A stretch of 64,000 bases of DNA from NCBI RefSeq assembly GCF_009914755.1, contig NC_060928.1. One strand, 5' to 3'. The translations under genes were made by a program, and so were the position numbers. Source of the DNA: the human T2T-CHM13v2.0 reference genome, Homo sapiens. The notes below the pieces were generated by a model. The model made no database searches, was not told the DNA's origin, and saw only the letters and a program-made list of their open reading frames with translations. Shown one piece after another: positions 16,422-33,970 of this stretch; the stretch's first letter is position 1, and the number at the start of each line of letters is the position of its first letter.

Positions 16422-17109
16422 TGTAGAGTATATTTTAGCTGTGTCGTTGACTGCTAACTATATTATCTGTATGATTTCTGCAGTTTTCACTGACAGATTT
16501 TTCTCCCTGAGTCAATTTTCCTGCATGTTTGCATGCCTAGCTTTTAAGCTGTTAGGCAAGACCAGAATAGCCTTTATCTAGGGATAATTTGGCTCCACTA
16601 ATGATACATGCAATACCTTCTGTTTCCTATGCCTCAGGTGTTAGGTCTTTCTAGTCAGGCTGGTGGAAATACAAACTATTCTTGACCCCGTTTCATACTG
16701 AAGGATTATTCTGCTGCTCTATTCTAGTGGTTTCCACCACTCTTAGGTCGTTTCCTCATGTGCTGCACTCGTCAGTATTCAGCTGAAGACATAAGAAGAA
16801 ACCCTGTGCGGATCTCTGGAGCTCTTTCTCGCCTGTGCAGTGCTCTCCTTTCTCCTCTCTGCCTTGCAAATTCTGGCTGTTTTCGCCTCTGTAAATTCTG
16901 CCTCCTTGATTTAGGGAAACTCCTGGGCTTTGTTTGGGTCTGTCCCCTCACTTCGACCTACCTCATGCTGTTTCTGTGCTGCAAACTTGGGGAATCACAG
17001 AGCTTACCTTGTTGGTTTCCCTTCTTTCATGGCACTGTCCTTTGCTGTCTGTTGCTATTTGAAACCCATTGGTTCATGCATTTTGTCTGGTGTTCCAGGT
17101 TAGAAGTAA

Positions 17110-18349
<1,240 letters not shown>

Positions 18350-19754
18350 TAAGCCTGGAACAATTATTTTCTATCCATTGGAGGTATCATTCCACTGCTT
18401 CATTACTACTGTTGAGAAGCCAGCTGTCAGTCTTGGGCATTTTCTTGAAGACAGTATAACTTTCAATCCTTGGCTTATTTTAAGATTTTTTTCATTGATT
18501 TCCCAGTTGCACTTGAGAGACTAGTTGCATATTTCTTTTACTTTATTCTGCTTGAAATTCACTGGGCTTCTTCAGTCTGTGGATTGATGTCTTCAATTGT
18601 TCTCAAAAGCTCTCAGCCTTTATTTCCTCAAATAACTTTACCTCGTTCTCTGTCTCTGGAACTCTAGTCAAATACTCATTACAACTTCTCACTGAATCTT
18701 TGTCTCTTCTCTTCTGTACTGTTTTTCTCTCTTGGTGCTATGCTATGGGTAATTTTTTCTAGTTCTCTCTTCTGCCATGAAGTTTGCTGCTAAGAATGTC
18801 CACTGAGTTTTAAAATTTTGGTTATTGTATTTTTCATGTATATAAATTATATTTTATCTTTGAATTTGTATCCCTTTTTAGTTTCTTTCCCTACAAATAT
18901 TTTCAAGTTCACTGATCATTTTTTAAACACAATAAGCATAGTTGTTTAATAATATATCTCATAATTCTATATCTAAAGCATGTGCAGAGCTTGATTTCTT
19001 GTGCACTATTTTATTTTTCACCCCATGTCCATCATTCCTCCTGAAAATTTATTTACAGTGCTTTGCAAAACACCTAATTAATGTGTCTTCCTTCAGAGAG
19101 GTACTGGAATGGCTTCTGCCAGGTTCAGGGGGACACTAGTGGTTGGGAACTACTCAAATTATGTGAAATCTAAAGGTCCTTCGTTCACCCAGGCTTTTGT
19201 GCTCAAGGCATACACACACAGAAAAAAACCATCTGAAGGCTGATATGTGGCCACAACTTATCTGGCTTTTCTGTCCCTTTCCCTTCTTACAGTCCCTAAT
19301 TTGGGGTTGGGTTTAGTTTTAGCTCTCCCTTAGTGTGAAGATGTAACTCTTTGGGGTTTCCTATGGGATTCTCCAATTAGGATGGTCCTTGACCTTACCT
19401 TTCATCCTTTTTGCCCCATGAGCCCACTATATCAAAGTGTGAGGTATTGGACATGCTTTCAGGTCAAAAGTGGCTTTTTCCCCTACAATATTCTACTTAT
19501 TTCTCTGAGTTGGGCCTTCTTCAAAGCTTTGGTCTTGCAATTCATCATCTTTTTACCTCTTGTGCATGTTTTTAGGTGTATAACAAACACACACACACTC
19601 TTCAAAGATCCATCATCAATCAAGTGATAAGCATTAGAATATGTGTTAATTTACGGGGAAAAACCCCGACTTTAACCTCTCTGCTGAGAAGTTTTAAAAT
19701 GGTAAGTAGAATGGTGTGTTATTCCCAGAATAGGAAATATCAGTATATATATTC

Positions 19755-20342
19755 TTTAAGTGATGGAATCTTGCTCTGTTGCCCAGGCAGGAGAGCAGTG
19801 GCATGACCATAGCTCACTGTAGCCTTGAACTCGTGGGCTCAAGAAATCCTCCTGCTTCAGCCTGCCAAGTACCTGGGACTACAGGTGCACACCACTGCGT
19901 CCAGCTAATTTTGTTTTTTTGTAGAGGTGAGGTCTCACTAAGTTGCCCAGGCTGGTCTTATACTCCTGGCTTCAAGTGATCCTCCCACCTCTGCCTCCCA
20001 ACGTGCTGGGATTACAGGTGTGAGCCAGTGTGCCTGGCCTGTAGAATTCTTAATGCATTAATGCCAGGTGTACTATTTTCTATCAAAAAAATTTTTTTTT
20101 GAGACAGAGTCTCACTCTGTCGCCCAGGCTGGAGTGCAGTGGCACAATGTTGGCTCACTGCAACCTCCACCTCCTGGATTCAAGCAATTCTCTGCCTCAG
20201 CCTCCTGAGTAGCTGGGATTACAGGTCCCCAGTACCACGCCCAGCTAATTTTTGTATTTTTAGTAGAGATGGGGTTTCACCATCTTGGCCAGGCTGGTCT
20301 TGAACTCCTGACCTCATGATTCACCTGCCTCGGCCTCCCAAA
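19755..20342 (-). mobile_element. Two tandem antisense Alus (AluJ 19755-20039; AluS 20092-20342)
   Basis: Alu consensus. Confidence 0.9.
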
Positions 20343-20529
20343 TTCCTATCAAATTTATTCTTTTTGGTTCTCTGGGGGAGATAAGAATGTGCAACTAATA
20401 ACAGTGTAAGACCTAGAAACTGCTCTGACCCTGACCCTTTACACAAGTGACTTAATTTCATGTTCAATATCCTTGCATGTTAAATGCAGAAAAGACAAAG
20501 TTATCCTGATAGCCCATTTAATGCTAACA

Positions 20530-20535
20530 TTTATT
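20530..20535 (-). terminator. Candidate distal NEK1 polyadenylation signal AATAAA
   Basis: + strand tttatt near the distal end of the non-repeat UTR block. Confidence 0.5.
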
Positions 20536-20994
20536 AATCTACAGATGCTTCCACATGTCAATTCCAACACTTATAATAGACCTTACTGAAAAATAGCCCT
20601 TTTCCTCACTGGCATAATCTTTCCATAACAACACTCCAGAGTCACACACTGCTAATCGACTGGAGATGGCACAAATCTTATTGATCATCCTTATTCCTGC
20701 ACATATATAACATCTTTTGAAATATGGCTAAAACAATTTTTTTCTACCATATTATACCCTTTTCTAATAGTTGTAATAGTTTAAGAATTAATACACAACC
20801 TCCCCAAAATCATGCCCATCTTTCAGGATTGTAAAGAATTAAAATATTGAATTCATTTTCTTCCATTATGAAGAAAGAAATCATCAGGTACAAAACCAAC
20901 AAAAGTATTATCAGCTTGATGTAAAAGCCTTCTATTGAGAAAAGTAAAATAATAAATAAAAGACAATTGATATACTTCAGGTAGATAATAAAAA

Positions 20995-21000
20995 TTTAAT
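20995..21000 (-). terminator. Candidate NEK1 polyadenylation signal ATTAAA
   Basis: + strand tttaat; followed on the minus strand by a U/GU-rich downstream tract (about 20940-20965). Confidence 0.65.
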
Positions 21001-21078
21001 AGCAATATCATAAAATAAACACACATATTAAAAAATCAAGTATTTAGTTTCGGATATTAGAAATAATATACATAATAA

Positions 21079-21250
21079 ATTCAACATACTGATAGTGCTG
21101 CAAGATAAGATTTTATTTTTCAAATTACATATTATGCCAACCAGCCTGCTTTGGACTCAGAGGTTCAAAAACTTTGCTTTTATTACGAAGAACATCTGGA
21201 CTGTAGACACCTCTAACGAAACCAGGTTATACTTGGCATATTGTGATTGA
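21079..21250 (+). pseudogene. Putative decayed Tudor N-terminal extension antisense to the NEK1 3'UTR
   Basis: Single frame: IQHTDSAAR*DFIFQITYYANQPALDSEVQKLCFYYEEHLDCRHL*RNQVILGIL*; compare I.HV.SP..F..Q....L......L..YY....G.LC. Confidence 0.5.
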
Positions 21251-22212
21251 AGCTGTGTGATCAACATCTTAATGACCTAACTAAATCCTCTCATAACAGA
21301 AAGAAGTTCAACAGGCAAACATTTCCCTCCCTAGGATCCTAGTTACCAAAACTGTCACAGTGTCAAAATAAAAATAATTATTTCCTCCTTTTTAACATCT
21401 TATTGTCCTTGAAGCTTATGTATGGAGGAAGTTAAAAACCAAAAGAGCAACTTTAAGCTATATGCTAAGTCAGTGTTAAATCCACAGACTAATTTTTCGA
21501 TATAGTATTCCTGGTTCTGGTCCTTAAAGAGAAATAAAGGCATTAAACCAACTTTTTATATGTCAAGAAATATAATTTTGCTATTCTTTCATAATCAAAT
21601 CTTTCAATGATTTCTAAGACTGTTTCTACAGCCTGTGTGCTAGTTCAGGAGACACACTGATTGTAAAAGGACTTGAGAATATAAACTTTAAGGCTAAAAA
21701 TTTCATCTTCAAAATGTATAGATGTAAACAGAGCCCTTGACAAGGTGATTTAATGTAGAACTGCTGGCCAGAATGAAAACAAGTACTAGACAGAAAAAAG
21801 ATCATGCTTAAAGACTCCATTGAAAAACCACAGACAGGTCCTTCATGACATAGGTAATTCCTTCAACCTAAAGACATTTGCTGAAACTCAAAGTTACCCT
21901 ATTGCATAGTAAATCTTCAAAACCATTAAGTCAGGTTCTGGGTCAATGTTTCCTATGCTTTGGTTGGATGATTTAATAAAGTATATATTTTATGAGATTT
22001 AACCATGGAATTCAATGAACAAAATAGATAAAATATTAGAATCTTCACTGAAAAATGGCATGTTTCTCCATCTTTTTCATGCAATAAGAAAGTCCATCTT
22101 AAATCTGATTTTTTAAATAAATAATTGCTGTATTTCCCACTGAAGCTTGTTATTCTGATAAGTCAAATTCAAATGCTTTCATATAGTTGAGGATTAAAAA
22201 ACATTTTGAGGA

Positions 22213-22226
22213 TTATTCATCATTAT
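22213..22226 (-). CDS. NEK1: NEK1 last exon, coding part (14 nt): (D)NDE-stop
   Basis: Polypyrimidine acceptor ttttttctacag|AT AAT GAT GAA TAA completes the NEK1 C-terminus ...AYQEDNDE*. Confidence 0.95.
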
Positions 22227-22879
22227 CTGTAGAAAAAAGAAAAAAATTGACTTCATTTCAAATCAAGCTGTATCTACTTTAAAAAAAACCCATTCTTGTT
22301 CATGCTAAAGGAGAAGAGCTTTAATGTAGTTTTAAACATACTTTTAAAATTATTTTATCACACATTCCTTGTAAAATATTCAGACAATACAATGAAGAAT
22401 AAAATGGGAAGCAAAAATCATCTGTAAGTGAAAGACAACCAATGTTAACTTTATATAAATCCTCCCACAATGCTTTCCTATGCATACACAAATATCTTTT
22501 AAAAATTACACTAAAATGCAGTTTTGAAACATAGGTTTTCCACTGAAAACACCCTAGTGAATGGAAAGGTGGATACATAAGTGATAATGTAAGATTAGAA
22601 AATGCTAATGTTAGAATCTAGGTGGTGGGTGCATGGGTGATCACTGTAAAGTTCTTTCAGATTTTCAATATGATAAAAATTTGACAATAAAATGTTAAAG
22701 AATAAATCATGGATATATTCTATGTTGACTTCAATGTCTGCAGAGTATTCTGTTTAATGGATATGACATAACTAACCATTACTATTTATAGACATTTTTG
22801 TTATTTTCAATTTTTTTAATTCTAAAGATTATAATCAAGTGAATTAAACAGACTGGTTAACTTAATCTTATATGCAAGC

Positions 22880-23330
22880 ACTATCTTCCACATTCTAGCA
22901 AAAGTGATCTTTCATTAAAATCCAAGGGTCATGTCAAATCACTGCACTGCTTAAAACATTTGTTAGCTCCCTGCTGCCTCAAAATGGAATCCACGCTCCT
23001 TAACGTGGATTACAAAGCCCTTCATGATCTGGCCTTTTAAATATTTCTCATCTTACCAAATTTCATTCCCCACCTTCCTTAACTGCCCCTATAATTTATG
23101 CTTTAGGAACACTGAATTGCTTATAGTTTCCCTACTACATTTTGCATACTTCCATGTATGAGTACTTATTTGCATTAAATTCCCATTTGTCTTTCAGAAT
23201 CCAACTTTGATGTCCTCTCCCCTAGGAAGACCTATCCTGTCACCATCAATGTAGTTGGATCATTACTTTATAACTTACATACATTTTATTGCTTCCAAGG
23301 TAACACTTATCACTGGACTATAATTTACTT
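22880..23330. mobile_element. L2 fragment
   Basis: L2-like phrases (aagtgatctttc...tcatgtc...tgcttaaaac, aaagcccttcatgatctggcc). Confidence 0.6.
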
Positions 23331-23782
23331 ACTTTTCAAATAATCAGGAAAGTAATGAACACACATATCCATAATATGTAGAATTAACAAAAGCTAACTT
23401 TTGGCCATAGTGGTTTGGATTATTTAAGTAAAACCATATTACAGATGCAGAGTACCCTTTCTCAATCTTACTGCCTTCCTTTCTTCCCCAGGGGCATTTT
23501 CAGTACTCTGAAATTGATGTGTATTCTTCCCGCTCATGGTTTTTGCTTTTATTTTTATTACGTACATGCACATCTAAATAAAATTGTTTAGAAACACTAC
23601 ATAAATGGTGTAATATTCTACTTATTCAACTCATCATGTTTGTGGGGCTTATCCATATTGACAGTCGGAATTTAATTCATTCATTTTAGCCGATGTATAC
23701 AATTTCATTACATAAACGCAGCCCAATATTCCACCTAAAATGAATATGAAGAGAAGGTATGTGTCTCTTTCTTAAGAGTCTA

Positions 23783-24124
<342 letters not shown>

Positions 24125-24199
24125 CTAATGCTAATACTCAATGTGAGAACATGGTAGCCTCTGCCAGGTTGCCACTGGCCACAGCTGTTATACTCCTCT

Positions 24200-25090
<891 letters not shown>

Positions 25091-25289
25091 ATACAAAACA
25101 GCAAGTCATCCACATAATTCAATATCCATTTTATAACCAGTTTCTTTAGTAGCTATAGTAGCAAGTTACAATATTTTATGGGCTGTACTCAATTTTTTTT
25201 TAAGCTACACCTGCTGTAATGGTATGTACTAAGAGTTTTAGAAAAGATTGCCAGGGTAGGCATCTTCAATTGCTTTACATTTTTTCTAG

Positions 25290-25620
25290 GGTGAAGGAAT
25301 TACTGTCAGGCTTTATGATACAGAACTCTGGGGTTCTCTTTCCCTTTCCATTTGTGTACTAGAGAAAATCTGATATTGCTTCCTGAGTGGTGTATTAACC
25401 TAGCCTGATTCTTGGTCCTTTGCAGGGGAAATGGCCTTCTGTGTAGGCTTATATCCTTTTGAAGCCACTCAGTTGTCAAAAGAGGGTGTCAATTCTACCT
25501 TGTGAATAAGTTGATTGTTACAGCTCTCCACTTAAGGGGCAAGGCAAACTAAAAGCTCTCCAGATACTTGTTGAGCAAAACTGAACCCCAAGCACATTGT
25601 TGCTGATTACTTATGAAAAG
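25290..25620 (+). pseudogene. Putative decayed Tudor-SN C-terminal segment inside the last NEK1 intron (antisense)
   Basis: Frameshifted pieces CTRENLILLPEW, EMAFCVGLYPFEATQLSKEG, CQFYLVNKLIVTAL and HIVADYL; compare NL..LP, A..C.L.G..P....WS.EA...F..LV. + strand acceptors tttttctag (25289) and cctttgcag (25425). Confidence 0.5.
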
Positions 25621-26671
25621 CTCTATTGAAACAATACTTAAGGAGAACCGCCTGGAGGTGGAATAGTCTGAATATGAATAGAATTGGTTTGATACACTCT
25701 ACAGAATTACTGAAATGGAATCATCCTCTGGCTTCGTGCCATTAACTTACAGCATGACATATGAGAAACAGCCTCATGAAATCTAAATATTGTAAAAATT
25801 ACTGAGGATACTTTTCATTCCATTATAGCACTGTTTTGTAAAATGAAGTCCAAGGTCTCAATAAAATAAGAAATCCACAAGTACCAGAAAATGTTTACCT
25901 TTTATATTTTCATTTTGATAAAATTTTTTAATATTTAGAAAAATACAACATGTTTTACAGTAATAATTCACAACTAACAGAAATTTTCTACCACTAAGAC
26001 TTGAGTTTTTTTTTTTTTACTGGGGTTTATAGACCCTTGGATTCTCATGCCTGAAAAAAATACTTTTTGCTCCTTAAAGGGATCCACATGTTATTCAAGT
26101 TTGAGGAACACTGTATGATAGTGCCCTCTTTTTAAAGATCATGGGAAAATTGTTCCTTTGGTTTCAATACCAAAAATAGCTGTCCTCTGAGCAACTAAAA
26201 TGTTTTGTCTCATGAATACTGTGACTCATGTAATTAATTAGGTTTTCTGCTTTGTGAGAAAGACCAGCACCAAATTTGTTTCCTGTTTTTAGAAAATGTG
26301 GAAACCTTTTGAACATGAAGTTTGTATTCTTCATTCCTGGCTTCATGTTATACTGCTTGTGCTCATTTGTCCAATTTGTTGACTTCCCCAAACTTTTTTT
26401 TAAAACTTAATTTTCTCTCTTACTATATACATATATATATTTCAATGCAATCTTAGACTTTTTTGTATGAATATGCAAACACATTTTGTATGGAATACAA
26501 ATACATTTTATAAACATTTTTATTGCTAAAATTAAGCATCAACATTTAAAACCCTCAATTTTAGTCTATGAATTTAACATTTAAAGTAATAAAATTAATG
26601 TTTGGGCAAATAATCTAGAAATAAATTCTTGTTCAAAATTTTACATATTGCTTTTTGTGTCTACAAGTTTT

Positions 26672-27629
<958 letters not shown>

Positions 27630-27834
27630 AGGATTATTCTAATTGCTAGAGCTGTCCAAAAATCTATCTAGTAAGATTTTTAAAAACCTCATTCAAAGGT
27701 TACTTGTAAATTAAATTAAAAATATGGACTTAAAGGACTTAAGTCAGTAAAAGTATATGACAGATCAGTAAAAGTACATGACAAAGTTAATTTTATTATT
27801 GCTTAAAAGTTATATAGTTCCCAAGTAGATTTCA

Positions 27835-28062
<228 letters not shown>

Positions 28063-28225
28063 CTATACCAAATTCCCAAATATAAATTAATATTTGAATA
28101 ACTTTCTGTAATTGCAGACTTCACTTTTTATTTATAATAAATCTAATGACCAATACAGATTATCAACATTTCTTCAACCTTCAAACATAGCACATTTTAA
28201 GTGTTTTAATTGACTTTTCACTTAC

Positions 28226-28356
28226 CTTTATTTTCTCATAAACCTCAAAGAATTTTTCAAAGCCCATTTCCTGCTCCAGATGAAGTCTCAGTTCCTCTAA
28301 ATGGTTAAAGACACTATCGCATTCACATTCACTAGCAATTTCACCATCACTGTTAT
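28226..28356 (-). CDS. NEK1: NEK1 coding exon (131 bp), [44 protein letters not shown]
   Basis: Acceptor ttttag|ATAAC and donor AAG|gtaagt; in frame. Confidence 0.96.
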
Positions 28357-29351
28357 CTAAAAAACAAAATTAAAATAGAGATTTGATTTAAAAAGACTGA
28401 ATAACTCATACCCTAATAGACTAAAATTCTATGACAAATGAATAATGCCATTGAAATAGACTACTTCTACTTTCATTATAAACAGTTTTTGTCATTTTAA
28501 TATTTGTCCTTTATTTGGCAAAAAAAATGTATAAATCTGTCTAAACAAGAATGTTACTTTTCATGTATAGATATAAAAAATAAATCAGGTTGGAATCAAA
28601 ACACTCCTAGAGATGTTACTTAAATAAAAAAAAAAAAGTGGAAAAAGCACACCTCCATGTTTTGCTTTGAAGCAGCTAACCCTAACTAGTATTTTCAAAA
28701 GTTGGTAATAAACACGGGAAACACCATGGAAAAGCCTGCAAAAGGTAGACAACCTAAGACATACATCATTACATTTCAGGAAAGCACCTAGAAAGTATAA
28801 ATGGCCAATATGTTTTGTCATGTACGTGCTCGACATACTTTGAAAAAAATTACTTAGTCTTTTCACATTAGCTTTTCTTCCTAAATTAATATCATATAGT
28901 TATTGAAACAGACACACTTTCTATGCATCTTAGGGGTAATATTATGAAAGAGAAAGTTTACAAATTTACGAAAAGAGTTTTTAGTACTTTAAAAACTGCT
29001 TTCAGTGTTAACTCTGCTGGTTAATATATGCAGAAGCTCTTTCTAAAATATAGAATGCCAAGAAAACAATGTTATTATCTTTATTACTGGAAAAATCAGT
29101 CAATAAATGGAGATTAGAATAAAAATGCTTCAAAAAAGCATTGACATAATAGGAAAGAAATAAAAACTTTAATAAAAAATGGAAAATCACACATTTGTAT
29201 GAAAAGAAAAAGAATGAAAAAAGGGGAGAGACCCAGAGGCATGCTTCAGTTGTATTTAAAGTTGGAAATGGTTCACAGCAGAGATTAGAAAAATACACTC
29301 TACTTGAAATATTTGTAAACTGAAAAAGAAAAAGGTCCAAAACTCTGATCA

Positions 29352-29585
<234 letters not shown>

Positions 29586-30990
29586 CTAAAAGTTTCAAAC
29601 ATACTGAAATTTACCAAGTTAAACAACTAAAACTACCTCATACTGAAATTTTACTTCTACTCAATACGTAGGCACTTCTTAAAAAATCCTAATAGTAGAT
29701 AACAAAAAATCTGGAAAAAGCCTACATTGTTTTTCACCGGTAAATTGAGGATGAATACAACTGATAAATATATCACACAACACATATTCTGGAATATATA
29801 AGCCAGAAGATGATTTGTTTAAAATGATCCCAACTTGCCAAAGAGAATCACATAACTATCGATGTTACTCATTGCTTAAATTCTGAAACAATGTTTTGAT
29901 ATTTTAACAGGCCAGACTATAGAAGTTTTTCTAAAACAAATAATAGTAAATTATTTTCTCTTTTATGGAATTTTGTAATTTTCAAAATATCCATGTGGCT
30001 AATAGCTAGACACTATACAAAAGGCTTTCCATATACATGCCCATTGGGCATTTGAACTTTTAGAAATAGAAATACTTAGGAAATTTTATATTCATGTTAA
30101 TAGGATGACCCAGTGAATAAAATGGTCACCAGAAATCTTATCTTTAGATGCTTATTCTTAAAAATGTTCTAAAATACATAATAGATTTTCTGTGTAACTA
30201 GCCTATACCAACCATCATAATTCTTCACTGGAGAATTTTGTTTCCAAAGTATTGGTAAGAATATTCATTCTATTTTCATGGGATTATAGATGCTGGAATG
30301 AAATAACTTATACAAATAATACCTTACATTTATATAGAACTTTTGTTTTTTAAACATTTTTATCCTACTACTCAAATTTTATCCACAAAAAATCACTTTA
30401 GAGACATGAAAACTATGAACCAAAATGTTTAAATGACTTGGTCAAGGCCACATAGTCAGTAAATGACAGAGCACTGAAATCTAGTCTTTGACCACTTCTG
30501 TAATATCTGAGAAACATACTCAGAAAAATTTTTTTCCTCTTATGATTTGCTTCTTTATCCTAACATGGAATGTAAATGGAAAAGTTTGTAGACTAAAGGA
30601 GTTAACTGATGTTTTAGATGTCTGAAGACTTCTAAAAGAGATTATGTACCTAAGCCGGGATTTCATCTATCAGGAAGGCAATGCTTAACAGGACACAAGG
30701 GCTAATTAAGGCCTTTCTAAAAGTTTAGACTCCAATCAAATATTTACTGAAGAACTAAAATATAAACACTATTGTGTAAGACTGTCAATATAATTTCCAT
30801 TAATAGAGTAAATAATCTTTTTATGTAGAAATATCTTTATTTTGTACTTATATGTACAAACGCCTACAATTTGACTTGTAGGAGCTATAGAAAAGCAAAG
30901 CATCTAATTAGAATGAGAAAATAGTGTCTAATCTCTTGAATCATCCTACTAGTAGCATTTAACTTAATATATAATTACAAGACTAATTTA

Positions 30991-31280
30991 GGCTGGGTAC
31001 AGTGGCTCATGCCTGTAATCCTAGCCCTTTGGGAGGCTGAGACAAGAGGATTGCTTGAGGCCAGGAGTTTGAGACAAGCCTGGGCAACATAGCGAGACCC
31101 CTCTAGAAAAAAAATTGCAAAAAACTTAGCTAGGCGTGGTGGCACGAGCCTGTATTCCTAGCTACTAGGGAGTCTGAGGCAGGAGGACTGCTTGAGCCCA
31201 GGAGTCCAAGGCTGCTGTGAACTATGATTGCAGCACTGTACTATAGCCAGGGTGACAGAGTGAGACCCTATCTCCCCCAA
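30991..31280 (+). mobile_element. AluJ
   Basis: Alu consensus. Confidence 0.9.
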
Positions 31281-32806
31281 AAAATTTTATTATTAAAAAA
31301 AGATCAACGAAGTATGCACACCTGCTATGTACCATTACTACAATGAGTAAATATTGACCTGTTCATAAAATCATCTAGTGGCTGGCCTAGAGGAATTAGT
31401 ACCCTCTGCAGATGGTATTCAATTGAGGCAGCTAAGCTTGCCACTGTAAGAAAGTATGAGAAGATTAAGATCTTTTACTAAATGAGCACCAAAAAACTTT
31501 AAGGTACTTAAAAAAATTTGGTCTTGAATTCAGTTTTTAGTTGGCTATCTTATAAAATCTTGACTAAAGTTTAGACAAAAAAAAATAATAATAATTTTCC
31601 AAAGACAAACATCAAGTGAAATATCCCTATAACAATATGAAATAACGTACTTTAAAAACAACTTGGTTTTCGAATTTTTCAATTAATACTAAAGGCTTCT
31701 AACTTAAGTTTTAAAATAAAATTCTGTCATCAATTGTTCATTAAAAGAACACATGCATAACACAAACTTAGCAGCTTGGAAGAAAGAAAAAAATAAAAGA
31801 ACACAAGCCACAAATAAGCTGTAGTTCATTCAGATAAAAATAAATGATTTCATAAAATTTTTGGGAAAAAAATTTTAGTTAGCAGTTTGTCAACAATAAA
31901 AATCCTGAATGTTGTTATGTTCTCCAATAGGATTAATAAAAACACAATATTTCAGTGTTTAATGACTACAGTCAAGTAGAAGAAACAAAAGTAAAAAGGT
32001 AACTTTTCTTCTAGATTGTAAGGTCATTAGCAAAAATCTACAGAACTCTAGGAAAAATGAAAAAGGCAATCTTTTAAAAATGAAGTTTCACCAGAAACTT
32101 AAGAAGCAAGGGCAAGGCTTAAAAAAGAACCAAAAACCAGAAAATAAAATGTGCCAGCGGCATCGATCCTACGTAACTCAATACAGAAGAAAACATTATG
32201 AGAGTGATATAATACTTTCAATCAGATCAAAATACAAGTTCTTTCCAAAGGTAAAAGTAAAAAGCAGAAACAAGTTCAAAGAAATTACAAAATAAATTAT
32301 AAAAATTCTAATATTTTATAACTTTTTATCCAGGTGATTTGAACACACTGTACCTTCTCACCTTACTCTAGGAAACTCTGGTTTTATTACACCAAAAAGT
32401 GTGTAACATTTGTCTAAGACAGTTGAGAGGGCTGACCAACACTGAACAAGGTAAAGGAAGGTTCTTTTTGTTTTTTTATGGAAAAAAATTTTTTTTTTAA
32501 TTTTACTTTAAGTTTTAGGGTACATGTGCACAATCTAAGGGGTTATCACTCCTTACAGCTCTCAGAGGTATTGCTTGTTAAATTTCCCTCCTAGATTCAG
32601 GATTCCCCATGAATCACAAAGAAAGCAATTTTGTGAAAACAATCCAATTACATGCAGAAAACATGTGTGCACTGACACATGTGCACACACACACATGAAC
32701 AAAACTGGTCGACCTGCTAACTCCCCATTGGCATGGCTTTGAAATCATATATGGCAAGAGGTAGATGTGGAGCTTTCTGGTCATTCTCCTGGGAAACTGT
32801 AGAGCA

Positions 32807-33217
32807 CAGTCATGAATTGCTTAACAACAGGAAGCATTCTGAGAAATGCATTGTTATAGCCAATTTCATTGTTGTGCTAACATCATAGAATGTGCTTACA
32901 CAAACCTAGTCAGTATAGCTAACTACATACCTAGGCTACAAAGTAGAGCCTGTTTACTCCTAAGCTACAAACCTGTACAGCATATGACTGTACTCAGTAC
33001 TGGAAGCAACTGTAACACAATGCTATCTGTCTATTCTAAATATATCTAAACATAGAAAAGGTACAGTGAAAACACTGTATAAAAGATAAAAAATGGTAAA
33101 CTTTATAGGGTACTTATCATAGGACATTACTATACACTACTATAGACTTATAAACACAGTATATGCTTAGGCTACACTAAATTTATCAATTTATTTTTCT
33201 GCAATAATAAATTAACT
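32807..33217 (+). mobile_element. Tigger3 fragment
   Basis: Same terminus and body as 764-1299 and 47329-48348. Confidence 0.8.
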
Positions 33218-33218
33218 T

Positions 33219-33970
<752 letters not shown>

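Larger units (their letters stand above)
20510..22212 (-). other. NEK1: NEK1 3'UTR (extent depends on the poly(A) site used)
   Basis: Largely repeat-free AT-rich stretch after the stop codon. Minus-strand hexamers: AATAAA at 21179-21184, 21112-21117 and 20530-20535; ATTAAA at 20995-21000. Confidence 0.8.
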
